NCBI RefSeq assembly: GCF_006345805.1
Contig: NC_043006.1
Coordinates: forward strand, 60,884,001 to 60,948,000
DNA: 64,000 nucleotides
Origin: Octopus sinensis
Lineage: Eukaryota
Direction: 5' to 3'
Shown here: positions 1-10,092 of the stretch, one piece after another
Layout of the letters: each line of letters starts with the position of its first letter
Numbering within the stretch: the stretch's first letter is position 1
Notes under the pieces: model-generated
Databases searched by the model: none
The model's input: the letters and a program-made list of their open reading frames with translations, nothing else
Told to the model about the DNA's origin: nothing
Position numbers and translations under genes: made by a program

Positions 1-1640
1 ACGCGGAAATGGCCTCCATCTCACCCCAAGTAAGACTAGAAACACATATTCTACAATACATAACGCTGCAAATAGCCAACAAATGAAATATAGAAGACAG
101 CCATCAAACCAAAAGTCCAAACACCATAGATGGGTAAATGAAAAGGAAAACAGACATGAAAAACAAACAACATGTACCCCAGATGGATGAATACATGGGA
201 AGAAAAACAAATAAAATACAGACAGCACAGGTACTATAATAGGAATAATAATCATCATGATAACTCAAGCAACTCACGATTTACGACCAAAAATCCTATA
301 TATCCTGAATGGCGAAAAAAGCAAGGAAGATGGGAAGAAAACAAAACTTATAACCAACGGAATTCGTATAAAAGACATGAACCGTCCTCCCATCTACACG
401 CAAACCAGAATGCCGAGATCAGAGAATGGAGACATGGTAACACAATTCCTTTTTTAGGGAGAAAATACCAAAATATATTATTAAAAAGTGGAAACGTTTC
501 CTTGATGATTGCTTCATCTTCTGGGGCAAATTGAATGAAGATCTGAATATATTTAACAATATACTGAACACACTTCACCCATCCATCAAATTCACGACAG
601 AATCCAGTTGCAATAAACTACCATTCCTGGATATCCACATAAAAATACAGAACTCTACAGTCACAACAGACATATTTTACAAAAAACTGACACACACCAA
701 TATTCAAATTTCTACTGTTGCTATCCATCACACATCAAAAGAAATATCTCATACTGCAGGGTAAGACGCATCTGTGCTATAGTAACTGACCCCAAAATAC
801 GTGAAATCCGACTCAACGAGATCAAAGGCTTCCTCACAATGCAGAAATACTCCAGAGTATTAATTAATGAGGGGATAAAAAGGCGATGAAACTGAACATC
901 ACGCAACTACGGACACCTAAGGAAAAAGTTAATGAAGACACGATTCAGTTCATTAACTCACACTCCTGGAATAACCAACATTTTTCACCCCATATAATCG
1001 AACTTAAACTCCTACAAAGCCCCAAAATGAAAACTCTGATTGAAAATACACCTTACGGAATAGCAGACGCCAACGAAAAAATCTTTAAAAACACCTCACA
1101 AGAGCAGAATTCAAATCAGAGAATGAATCAGAATTCTTAGTAAAAGACTGTGGAAATACGAGATGTGGAACATGCTACAATATCAACAGCTTCAAATACT
1201 TGGAAAGTGGTTCCCACATAAAATTCAAGAGTGGATCCCTTCTCAAAATGAATGCAGATATGAACAACAAAACACAAAACCTCATATACTGCATTACCTG
1301 TCCAAACTGCAAAGGCAATTACATTGGTGAAACAAATAATTCCCTCTGCCAACGTGCAAGAATCCACAGGCAATATATCCGACAAGAAGTATTAAGCAAG
1401 ATTCTATTAAGTAAGCATCTGGAAATATGCGCCGACGAAATTTTCAAAATATTTCCCTTTTGAAAACTTGTACGGGACGATCCACAATACCGAAAAGCAA
1501 TGGAACTACATTTCATAAAAAAATTCTCTCCAAAGTTTAATGCTTGAAAGAAAAGCAGAGATAGTACGTTTTGTAAGTGTTATACTAATGTTCTCTAATG
1601 CAAAATCATGGAATTGAAAGAGGCGTGATCGAAGTTACAC
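1..1640 (+). mobile_element. Degenerate Penelope-like retroelement (Naiad-like), internally deleted; RT C-terminal part plus GIY-YIG endonuclease
   Basis: Frameshifted translation gives WKRFLDDCFIFWG..LHPSIKFT..LPFLDI (PLE RT). It is followed by CGNTRCGTC..NLIYCITCPNCKGNYIGETNNSLCQRARIH (GIY-YIG with CxxC between the GIY and YIG motifs), ending at TGA 1545-1547. Multiple stops and frameshifts. Clade assignment is from recalled motifs. Confidence 0.85.
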
Positions 1641-2582
1641 AGTATAAACACGGACATATTCCCAACCACACACACACATACACACACACATACGCACGCA
1701 GAGAATCATGCACACATACACACACTTCATCAAGGAATACTCCCTAAAATAGAATGTTTTAAGGTGAGGTGGGGAATTTGAATTCTTTATTGCAAATGAG
1801 GCTCATCTCTACAAATGTTCAGACATATCTGTATAGCATTGGGATGTTCTAGCTTTACGTATATATACATGTATGTATGTGTGTGTGTGTATATATACAT
1901 ACATACTTGCATACATACATATATATATATATATAGTAGTAGTAACAGAAAAGGTGAAGTTTCGATTATCCCCACGTGGTGAGTTGTAATAAATATATAA
2001 GAATTTAAAAAAGGAAAATGCACACACTTTACAAAGTTTTAATATAACTTTTAATATTTCGACCGCTTTCGCTTTCGCTATTCATGATATTAAGGTTTAA
2101 TTACTTATATATATATATATTATATATATATATATATATATAATATATATAATATATATATATAATATATATATATATATAATATATATATGTCTTAATA
2201 TATTTACCGATTGATTTTTCAAATTGTTAATTTGCAAATATCATACTAATGTATTTTCACGCAGTACTACACTCCCAAAATGAATGTTTAGAAGGGCTAT
2301 ATTCTAAATATAACTCAAACAAGAGAAAAAGCAAGAAAAGGGGGAAAAAAGGAAGGAAGAAGGAAAGAAAAAAGAAGTAAAACAGGAGAGGGATCGTAAG
2401 TGATGATCAAACCACACCTGTTTTATTTTTATTTTTCATTTTTATTTTTATTTATTTTTCTGAAGAGGTCGCCATCCTTGAATTCATTCCAATACAATGG
2501 TAAAAGGAAAAAATAATTAAATAAATAAATGAAATGGTGAATAGGAAGGTGGATTGCCCTTCTCTCTCTTACTCTCCACACA

Positions 2583-2614
<32 letters not shown>

Positions 2615-3263
2615 AAATTCTCTATATATATATGTAAAATTCCTTTACACGTGGTTACCACTATTGAAAAGACTGCCTCCACGCGCTGCTACTACACTTT
2701 CGTCCTTGCCAGCAAAAAGGCTTCTTCGTTCGTCCCCTTGTGTGGTTAATTTCCTGTATAGTATTCTTGTTATTTTCTCGTTTTGTAACTAATTGTACTT
2801 TTTGTACATGTATTTTTATTTTTGCAGTGTTATTGTTTGTCTATGCCAGAAAAAAGGCTTTTTCGTTCGTCCTCTTGTGTTTGTTTTTGTACATGTATTT
2901 TAATTTTGCAGTCTTATTGTTACGTCTTGTTTGTGTTCGTACTCATTGTGCCCCGCTGCTTGAAATTTTATTTTAATTCTCTCGCAGGAAGGCCTATTGG
3001 ATTAGTGTTCTGTTATGCCTTCGAAACATGCCTGACTCCTCTAGCGACAGCTGATGACGGGGGTTTTGTCCTTGTGTAACCTGTCCTGTATTTGGTTTTC
3101 GTTTTCCGTTTTCTTGTTTTTTGTTTTTTGGCTTTTTCTGTTTCTACGTCTTATCGTGATGTCCTGTACTTCCGTATAATTATTTATATATGCATGTATA
3201 TATACATGTAGATGTAGGTACGTACATATATGTTTGTATGTATGCATATATTTTTATTTATCT

Positions 3264-3305
<42 letters not shown>

Positions 3306-3753
3306 TATATACGGGTGTGTGTGATAGTGTATAATATATATCTGCCTATCTACCTACCAATATATCCATCTATCCATCTCCATTGTCTTGGAACCTCACC
3401 TCCGCAAAAAAACAAAAAAACTATGTTCTCTTGTAAACAACCCATCTTCCCAAAAAACATTTGTTTTATATAAATGAAGAAGCTGTTTGTACATTCACAA
3501 GATTGTATTTGACAAGTTCTAGAGTGGAACGAAAGCTCTAATGATATTGAAAAAATAAAAGGTTTTTTTTTCCCAAATTCTGACTACTTCTTTCTCAATA
3601 TTCAGTTCTGTACATCAGGCCTAACAATTTATAGGAAAGATCCAGGGGAATAGTTACAACCTAGCTACATGCTGCTTAACTATCCTAGGAAACAATGGTC
3701 ACACTTGCGTGGGATTTGATTCCGGGATTAAACGAGATGTATTTAGGCGAAAA

Positions 3754-3887
3754 TAGGAAAACTTGAAAAAGGAGACATTTATAAATCATTTATATCTTCA
3801 TAGAATCGACATGTCTCGATGATATGAAGATATAAATCATGATTTAATAACATCTTAACTGTTTCTCTCCCTTTTCAAGTTTTCCTA
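3754..3887. mobile_element. MITE-like fold-back element with about 22-bp TIRs
   Basis: TAGGAAAACTTGAAAAAGGAGA (3754-3775) versus the reverse complement of TCTCCCTTTTCAAGTTTTCCTA (ending 3887). Inner inverted repeat ATTTATATCTTCAT/ATGAAGATATAAAT. Right end abuts (TA)n. Confidence 0.65.
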
Positions 3888-3912
3888 TATATATATATAT
3901 ATATATATATGA

Positions 3913-3965
3913 TTGATTGATTGATTCTAGTTTCAGCTCATGAGCTGTGGCCATGCTGGGGCACC

Positions 3966-3968
<3 letters not shown>
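3913..3968 (-). mobile_element. Octopus-type SINE 3' tail fragment
   Basis: Minus strand GGCGGTGCCCCAGCATGGCCACAGCTCATGAGCTGAAACTAG plus (AATC)n. The same tail occurs at about 10335-10385, 33800-33855 and 43991-44053. Confidence 0.6.
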
Positions 3969-4003
<35 letters not shown>

Positions 4004-4157
4004 TATATAATCAAAGCAATTAAGATTCAAGTAAATTCCAGTGAATTTACTTGAATGTGGTACTTAACTTAGATGCACCAGAAAAACTATATGGTGTTAA
4101 CCATACAGTAATGTGGGGTGATTATAAACGAGAAAGAAGCAACAAGAATGGATTAGT

Positions 4158-4248
4158 TTTTAGTACAATTGTTTCATACAAAGACAGGCTTTATTACAAG
4201 TTGCAAAAATTGCAGCAGATAAAAGTGTCCCGTACTCATCAGCTAAAA
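4158..4248 (-). ncRNA. Type I hammerhead ribozyme (canonical core)
   Basis: Minus strand: UUUUAG-CUGAUGA-GUACGGGACA..(long stem II)..UGUCUUUGUAU-GAA-ACAAUUGU-A-CUAAAA. Stem I is 6 bp (UUUUAG/CUAAAA), stem III is the palindrome ACAAUUGU, and the GUA cleavage site lies between 4164 and 4163. The 10.1-11.1 pair is G-U rather than G-C. Confidence 0.8.
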
Positions 4249-4364
4249 TACGTATGAGTTCTCCAGACATCTTAGTGGGTGAGGTTATACTCATGAAATA
4301 TTGGAGATAATTCCATTAAAGGCAGATATAGGTTGTAAACAGTTTTCCAAAGTTCCTTAATGAT

Positions 4365-4568
4365 GATGCACAGTCTTATCACAGAGTTTTAAAAACTTAT
4401 TAGTTTCAAAGAGAAGATGAATTAATCCATAGTGTAGATTTAAATTTCCAGAGATATGAGGAGGAGGATGCACAGACTTATCACAGGTTTTTAAAAACTT
4501 ATTAGCTTCACAGAAAAGGTGAATTAATCCGTAGTGAAGATTTAAATTTCCAGCGGTATGAGGAGGAA
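4365..4568. repeat. Two diverged 102-bp tandem units inside the PLE 3' region
   Basis: GATGCACAG(T/A)CTTATCACAG.. starts at 4365 and 4467. Confidence 0.9.
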
Positions 4569-5741
4569 TTTCATACTCACAGACGATGAATTTAACCATT
4601 ATTAATCCACAATCATTTCATGCTATATGATAAGGTAATTTGCCATATTACTGCTCTCCGTGCAAAACTGCTATGTTAAGATTTCTAAAAGCTGAAGGAA
4701 TTTATTTGTGGGGCAAAGAAATTAAAATAAAAGAAAAAAGAAAAGAGACAAGGAAAAAAGAAAAAGAAAAAGGAGAAGAAGAAGAAAGAAGGAAAAGAAA
4801 AAGAAAAAGAAAAAGAAAAAAGAAAAAAGAAAGAGAAACGGGGGAGAAGGATAGAAAAGAAAAAGAAAAAGAAAAAGAAAAAGAAAAAGGAAAAGAAAAA
4901 AAAGAAAAAGGGGAAGAGGGAGAAAAGAAAAGGCGCCTATATAGAGTATACTGCGACAACTTAGAGGGAGGGGGTTCTAAAGTGACCAAATACAGAAGAA
5001 TTTGTAGACAACTTAGTTAGCTTGAATCTGTAAGAATTCAGGAACTATGAGGAGAAAATTATTTTTTTGACCAGTAAACAGCTATTTACTATCAACCTGA
5101 CACGGATGAAAGCAGATATGAATCTAAAGAGAATTTAAAGAGATACACAAGGTCAGGGGTAGAGGGTTCAAAAGCTATCGTCAAAAGGAAATACATTAAG
5201 AGAAAATATCTAGGTGCAACCTTAACCAGAGGTCATTTAAATTATTTATTTATTTATTCCTGTTACTGTCTTAAAATTGTTGCCGTTACTATCAATACAT
5301 TAACGGACTACCGGTCAAAACTTAGAATTTAATTAACAAGGTGTGATGGAATTGTCTATTTTATTGAAGTTTATCATACTACTTTCAAGGGAGTGTCTTC
5401 ACTTAATTAATTTTGTAATAGAATTATTAAGCCTTAGTAACTTAATTTATTAAAGTAGTGTTACCTAAACTAGATTAAGTTCTAAAATTAAACATTTAAA
5501 AATTAAGATTTAAGAATTAAATAAACTCTAAAACTTAAGATTTAAGAATTAAATAAACTCTCATTTAAGCAATGTACGAGTACTATTTTATTTTCCAATG
5601 CTCAAAATCAGGTGTAGTTATAAAGAAAAAGATAACTATAGTGTGAGAACTCGCAGTTATCTACTTAAAAGTAATGTTATACTAGTAAAAACCCCGTTAT
5701 ATTTATCTACCTATCTTGTTACGATTATTCTATACAGTTAT

Positions 5742-7475
5742 TCATTTAAAATATTTTAGAGTCTTCAATTTAGCGTGGACACAAACTTGTCCTACTTCAA
5801 TATGGTTATTTAACAAGCTTCTATTTTTTCTATGCCTTAGAATTTCATAGGTCTCCATTGAGCAGAGTTGGCAACCAACCCTGCTATTTTTATACGGTAT
5901 TGCTCTCCTAACTATTTCCCAATTAAGATTATAATTCTTGTTATTATTTTTGAGTTGCCAGATTTTACTTGAAAGTGTGGTGGTACCAGCTTTATGACGT
6001 AATCTAAAAGATGAGATGTGATTTCTAACTCTTTTATTAAAATTTATTGTGCACCCAATGTAAAAAAATTTGTTATTCTCAGTAGATATGGTACATTTAT
6101 AGATTACGTTATTTTCCCCGCAAAGACCGGGTGCCGGGCATCTTGACTTAATTCTACACTTACACGCAGGAGGAACAACTTCAGAAGTTGGATTATTCAT
6201 GGGTAGATGTCTTATGTTCCTATTATTTTGATTATCATGAGTATAATTATCCTTATTATTATTATTATATTTATAGTTGATGCTGTTATCTAAAGCATTG
6301 TTATTATTTATTGATCCATCTTTTAGGTCTAAAGTCCTACCATGATTATTTACATTATTAGTAATGTTACTATTATTGTTAGTATTATTATCAAACTGTA
6401 TATTGCTGCTATTGATATCACTGATATTTTCCTTCTCCGCGTTTTCTCTATTAGCCTTACTTCTATTATTAACATTTTTACTTCTATTAGTATCGGTATT
6501 ATTATTACTCTTATTACTGCTAATATTATTATTAGTCGTTTTGTGGTTACCGATTCCATCCGTGTTTTGATAGTTACTATTGTTGCGTTTATTGTTGTTA
6601 GTATTGCTATAATTGTTATTGGTATTCATGTTGGTATTATTATTTTTATTTTCATCTTTCCTGGCTAGTTTAATGTTGTTATTATTAATCCTAGCTATAA
6701 AAGTGGACATATTTGGGAGGGTTGAATAAGAAATTCTAACTGTTTTCTTAGAAATAATTCTATGATATCTATGAGAGATTGGGAAATTTTTTTCTAGAAT
6801 TACTTTGAATTTGCTCCGTATATCCGATTGAATCGCACAGTTGAAAGGAATATTCAGCCATATTATATCTTTTTTATTTTTATTTCTATTAAATTTCCTT
6901 GAATTAGAATCAGGGTTCGTAGAATTATTATTATTCATCTTATCAAAGTCATTGTACTTACTACTATTATTTGTGTGCATCTTTGATTTATCTAATTCCA
7001 TTTTATCCGAGTTACCTATGCTTTGGTTTTTACTTCTATTTGAATTATTGGGCTTGTACGCTAGATTTGCGGTTACCGTGAATCTATTTCTACTTCTATT
7101 TCGGGCCTGGTCTATATTGCTGCTTAAGTGATTACTGATAAATTCTTTATTAGGAATATGTAAGTTCCCCTTATCGATGAATATAATTTTTTGGTTGTAT
7201 CCTGCCTTAGTTAACGCCGTATTATAATGCTCAGAATGAGAGTTAAATATATCCTTATTTGATGATAATTTTGAAATTCTTAATGAAATATTTCTGGCTA
7301 AAGATTCAATTATATTTGGGGGATGGTTGGATAATTTATTTACGTATCTCGTGATTTCGCCTTCTTTTCTAAATGGGTAATGCAGCTTGGAGTTAAGGTC
7401 TAACGTAATATCTAGGAAGTTAACTATTTTAGTGCTAGGTTGATACGTTATGTTCAGGTTAAAATCCCTAAAAAA
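5742..7475 (-). CDS. 5'-truncated PLE polyprotein: RT thumb, Asn-rich insert, linker, Asn-rich insert, Cys-rich linker and GIY-YIG endonuclease (stop-free, 577 codons)
   Basis: I extended the listed 5742-7001 ORF upstream by hand to an in-frame TAG at 7478-7476: VNFLDITLDL..YPFRKEGEITRYVNKLSNHPPNII..RISKLSS..YNTALTKAGY. Then IIWLNIPF..TVRISYSTLPNM, and CKCRIKSRCP..NNVIYKCTI..FYIGCT..FNKRVRNH. The RT catalytic core is absent. Confidence 0.85.
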   Translation of the reverse strand, partial: FFRDFNLNITYQPSTKIVNFLDITLDLNSKLHYPFRKEGEITRYVNKLSNHPPNIIESLARNISLRISKLSSNKDIFNSHSEHYNTALTKAGYNQKIIFIDKGNLHIPNKEFISNHLSSNIDQARNRSRNRFTVTANLAYKPNNSNRSKNQSIGNSDKMELDKSKMHTNNSSKYNDFDKMNNNNSTNPDSNSRKFNRNKNKKDIIWLNIPFNCAIQSDIRSKFKVILEKNFPISHRYHRIISKKTVRISYSTLPNMSTFIARINNNNIKLARKDENKNNNTNMNTNNNYSNTNNNKRNNSNYQNTDGIGNHKTTNNNISSNKSNNNTDTNRSKNVNNRSKANRENAEKENISDINSSNIQFDNNTNNNSNITNNVNNHGRTLDLKDGSINNNNALDNSINYKYNNNNKDNYTHDNQNNRNIRHLPMNNPTSEVVPPACKCRIKSRCPAPGLCGENNVIYKCTISTENNKFFYIGCTINFNKRVRNHISSFRLRHKAGTTTLSSKIWQLKNNNKNYNLNWEIVRRAIPYKNSRVGCQLCSMETYEILRHRKNRSLLNNHIEVGQVCVHAKLKTLKYFK

Positions 7476-7708
7476 CTAAGTCTGTGCATCATCCTCCTCA
7501 TATCTCTGGAAATTTAAATCTACACTATGGATTAATTCATCTTCTCTTTGAAACTAATAAGTTTTTTAAAATCTGTGATAAGACTGTGCATCATCATTAA
7601 AGAACTTTGGAAAACTGTTTACAACCTATATCTGCCTTTAATGGAATTATCTCCAATATTTAATGAGTATAATCTCACCCACTAAGATGTCTGGAGAACT
7701 CATATGTA

Positions 7709-7799
7709 TTTTAGCTGATTAGTACGGGACACTTTTATCTGCTGCAATTTTTGCAACTTGTAATAAAGCCTGTCTTTGTATGAAACAATTGTACTAAAA
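7709..7799 (+). ncRNA. Inverted copy of the HHR with core mutation CUGAUGA to CUGAUUA (predicted inactive)
   Basis: TTTTAG-CTGATTA-GTACGGGAC..GTAT-GAAACAATTGT-A-CTAAAA. The G8 position is T at 7720. Confidence 0.75.
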
Positions 7800-7827
7800 A
7801 CTAATCCATTCTTGTTGCTTCTTTCTC

Positions 7828-7874
<47 letters not shown>

Positions 7875-7950
7875 ATATGAGATCAAAGCAGTAAACATTT
7901 GGAATAATCCCTTACTATTTACTGCTATATACACACACACACACACACAG

Positions 7951-8005
<55 letters not shown>

Positions 8006-8021
8006 CATATACATACATACA

Positions 8022-8053
<32 letters not shown>

Positions 8054-8162
8054 CATATATATAATTAAGACCATATATAAGTTCCTAGCCTATATATTGA
8101 GAATAGACTATAAATCAATAATAAATTTCTGAACGAGGTATAAACAGTAGCTGCACGGCATC

Positions 8163-8443
8163 GTGAAGTATATTTGCCGCTTAAATGTGGTTAACCACTA
8201 AGAGTGGATGCTACTCTAGCTTGTAGCCCCAGGAGAACATCTTCTCCAGCTGGCTATTGACACACTTTCTGTGACCTATCACGTCAGGTCGACGATGGGA
8301 AGGATGGCTTCTCTTTGCAAATACTGATAGAGCACAGAATGTGTGTCAATAACCAGCTGGAGAACATGTTCACCTGGGGCTACAAGCTAGAGTAGCATCC
8401 ACTCTTAGTGGTTAGCCACATTTAAGTGTCAAATATACTTCAC
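8163..8443. mobile_element. Fold-back MITE-like element with about 115-bp inverted arms
   Basis: GTGAAGTATATTTGCCGCTTAAATGTGG..GCTATTGACACAC versus GTGTGTCAATAACCAGC..CCACATTTAAGTGTCAAATATACTTCAC; few mismatches. Confidence 0.8.
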
Positions 8444-8970
8444 ACAGACTATAAATCGTCTCACAAGTTTAAAAATCAGCTACACACGTCTTGAGATCGA
8501 GAGATCTATTATCAGCATATAGGCAATACATTTTTCTGTGCGCTTAATTATAATTATATATATGATTTCACCTTCACAGTTCTATTTCTTATATGCTGGC
8601 GATTGATAAGCTTTAAAAATAAATTATCCGTTATTATTATAATTGAAAAATTTCTCTTCTCTTCCGGACAGCATAAGCGCTTATTTTCTACTGCGACCGA
8701 AAACACATGTGCTGAGGTATACTACGGAATTTGTTGTTGGAGGTATCTGGGGGTATTTATATGTATTTATGGCTTGACGTTTGCTGTCCAAGGTATGTAT
8801 AAATATATCATTTATTTCCTGTATGTATGCTCTGCTAATGAGGAAAAGCCATTGGGCAATTCCGGAAATTAACTAATACAGGGCTATCTATAATCTTATT
8901 AATTACCGTCACCAATTTAACACCAGTGGTCTAGCGCATTATAGACTGAGATTCAGTAAATATTATTAAT

Positions 8971-9227
8971 ACACAAATATGAGAGAGAATCCACTATGTG
9001 GACGCTCTTACAAGGATTAATTATGTAAGTAAAATTGCATAATTTATTAACAGTGAAACAATTGTATGGGGCTAATCTATATTTTTGTTATTTTTCATTT
9101 GTCGTGCTCGCTTACGTTCTTAGTGTGCTAAATTTTTCTTGAGAACAATTCTTAGTGGTTGAGCCCCTTGCGGATCTATCTTTAGCGTAAGAGCGTCCAG
9201 ACAGTGGATTCTCTCACATATTTGTGT
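8971..9227. mobile_element. MITE-like element with about 41-bp TIRs
   Basis: ACACAAATATGAGAGAGAATCCACTATGTGGACGCTCTTAC (8971-9011) versus GTAAGAGCGTCCAGACAGTGGATTCTCTCACATATTTGTGT (9187-9227). Confidence 0.7.
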
Positions 9228-9433
9228 GTATATATATATATATATATATATGCATTTAAACACACACACACACACACACATATATATATGCATATATTTA
9301 TGTAAAACTCTGAGTAACAGCTTTTGTTATATTTCTACTACTTTTAAATAAAGTATATTTACATATATATATTTACATATATACATATATATACATGCAT
9401 ATATACATACATGCATACATACATACACACACA

Positions 9434-9529
<96 letters not shown>

Positions 9530-9886
9530 ACGTGTGCAAGCATGCATGTAGGTATGTACGTAATGCTGATATCCAGCGCTCGGGAATGGATAATTTTATT
9601 TGATTCCCTGTCTAAAGGATTTTTAATAGGAGATATATGTTATCTACTAAACGAACAGTTGTGTAACTTCTATTAGCAAATGAAATATATGTAATTTTGA
9701 ATAAATAATACGAAAAAATTGCATTTGTCTTCTGAAAAAATATTTTCCAGTATTTTGAACTCGTATTCATACCTTACACAAGTATAAACAAAAGCTACAT
9801 ACAGATTGGAATACTGAAATAACCAGATGTGCTTCAAAAGGACACAGCTTGGATTTTAACGCTGTATACATAATAAGTATGTATGT

Positions 9887-9932
<46 letters not shown>

Positions 9933-9939
9933 TTCCATA

Positions 9940-10092
9940 GCCTTGATAAAACTCTGAGTTTCGAATGTCGGGCGGAAACTCACGCCCGCATCTCTTCAGG
10001 ATATCGAAAAAATGCTATGATGGCCCGATAACTGAAGAGATGCCGGCGTGTGTTTCCACCCCGACATCCGAATCTCGGAGTTTTATCATGGC
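9940..10092. mobile_element. Small fold-back element with about 60-bp arms
   Basis: GCCTTGATAAAACTCTGAG..GCATCTCTTCAG (9940-9999) versus CTGAAGAGATGC..CTCGGAGTTTTATCATGGC (10032-10092). Confidence 0.75.

Larger units (their letters stand above)
4010..7829 (-). mobile_element. Neptune-like Penelope-like element with long 3' region, 3' HHR-bearing terminal repeat and inverted 5' copy; bounded by (TA)n on both sides
   Basis: Minus-strand RT thumb and GIY-YIG frame at 7475-5742. 4128-4480 is the reverse complement of 7478-7829 (8 differences counted in about 352 bp). (TA)n at 3969-4009 and 7830-7877. Confidence 0.85.

Noticed and set aside
2040-2100. HHR-like remnant on the minus strand (..GCGGTCGAAATATT)
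   Set aside because: The CUGANGA core is absent and stem II does not pair.
4365-4568. Repeat array as CRISPR-like
   Set aside because: Only two contiguous 102-bp units without spacers, in a eukaryotic context, with no cas genes.
4640-5020. 126-aa K/E/R-rich ORF
   Set aside because: It arises from a purine-rich low-complexity tract, antisense within the PLE 3' region.
6342-7131. Plus-strand hydrophobic I/L-rich ORFs
   Set aside because: They are antisense shadows of the Asn-rich PLE frame.
8672-8792. Possible 121-nt exon (polypyrimidine-AG acceptor, CAAG/GTATGT donor, open frame)
   Set aside because: No recognisable protein similarity and no partner exons; splice-like signals are common by chance. 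It needs RNA-seq.
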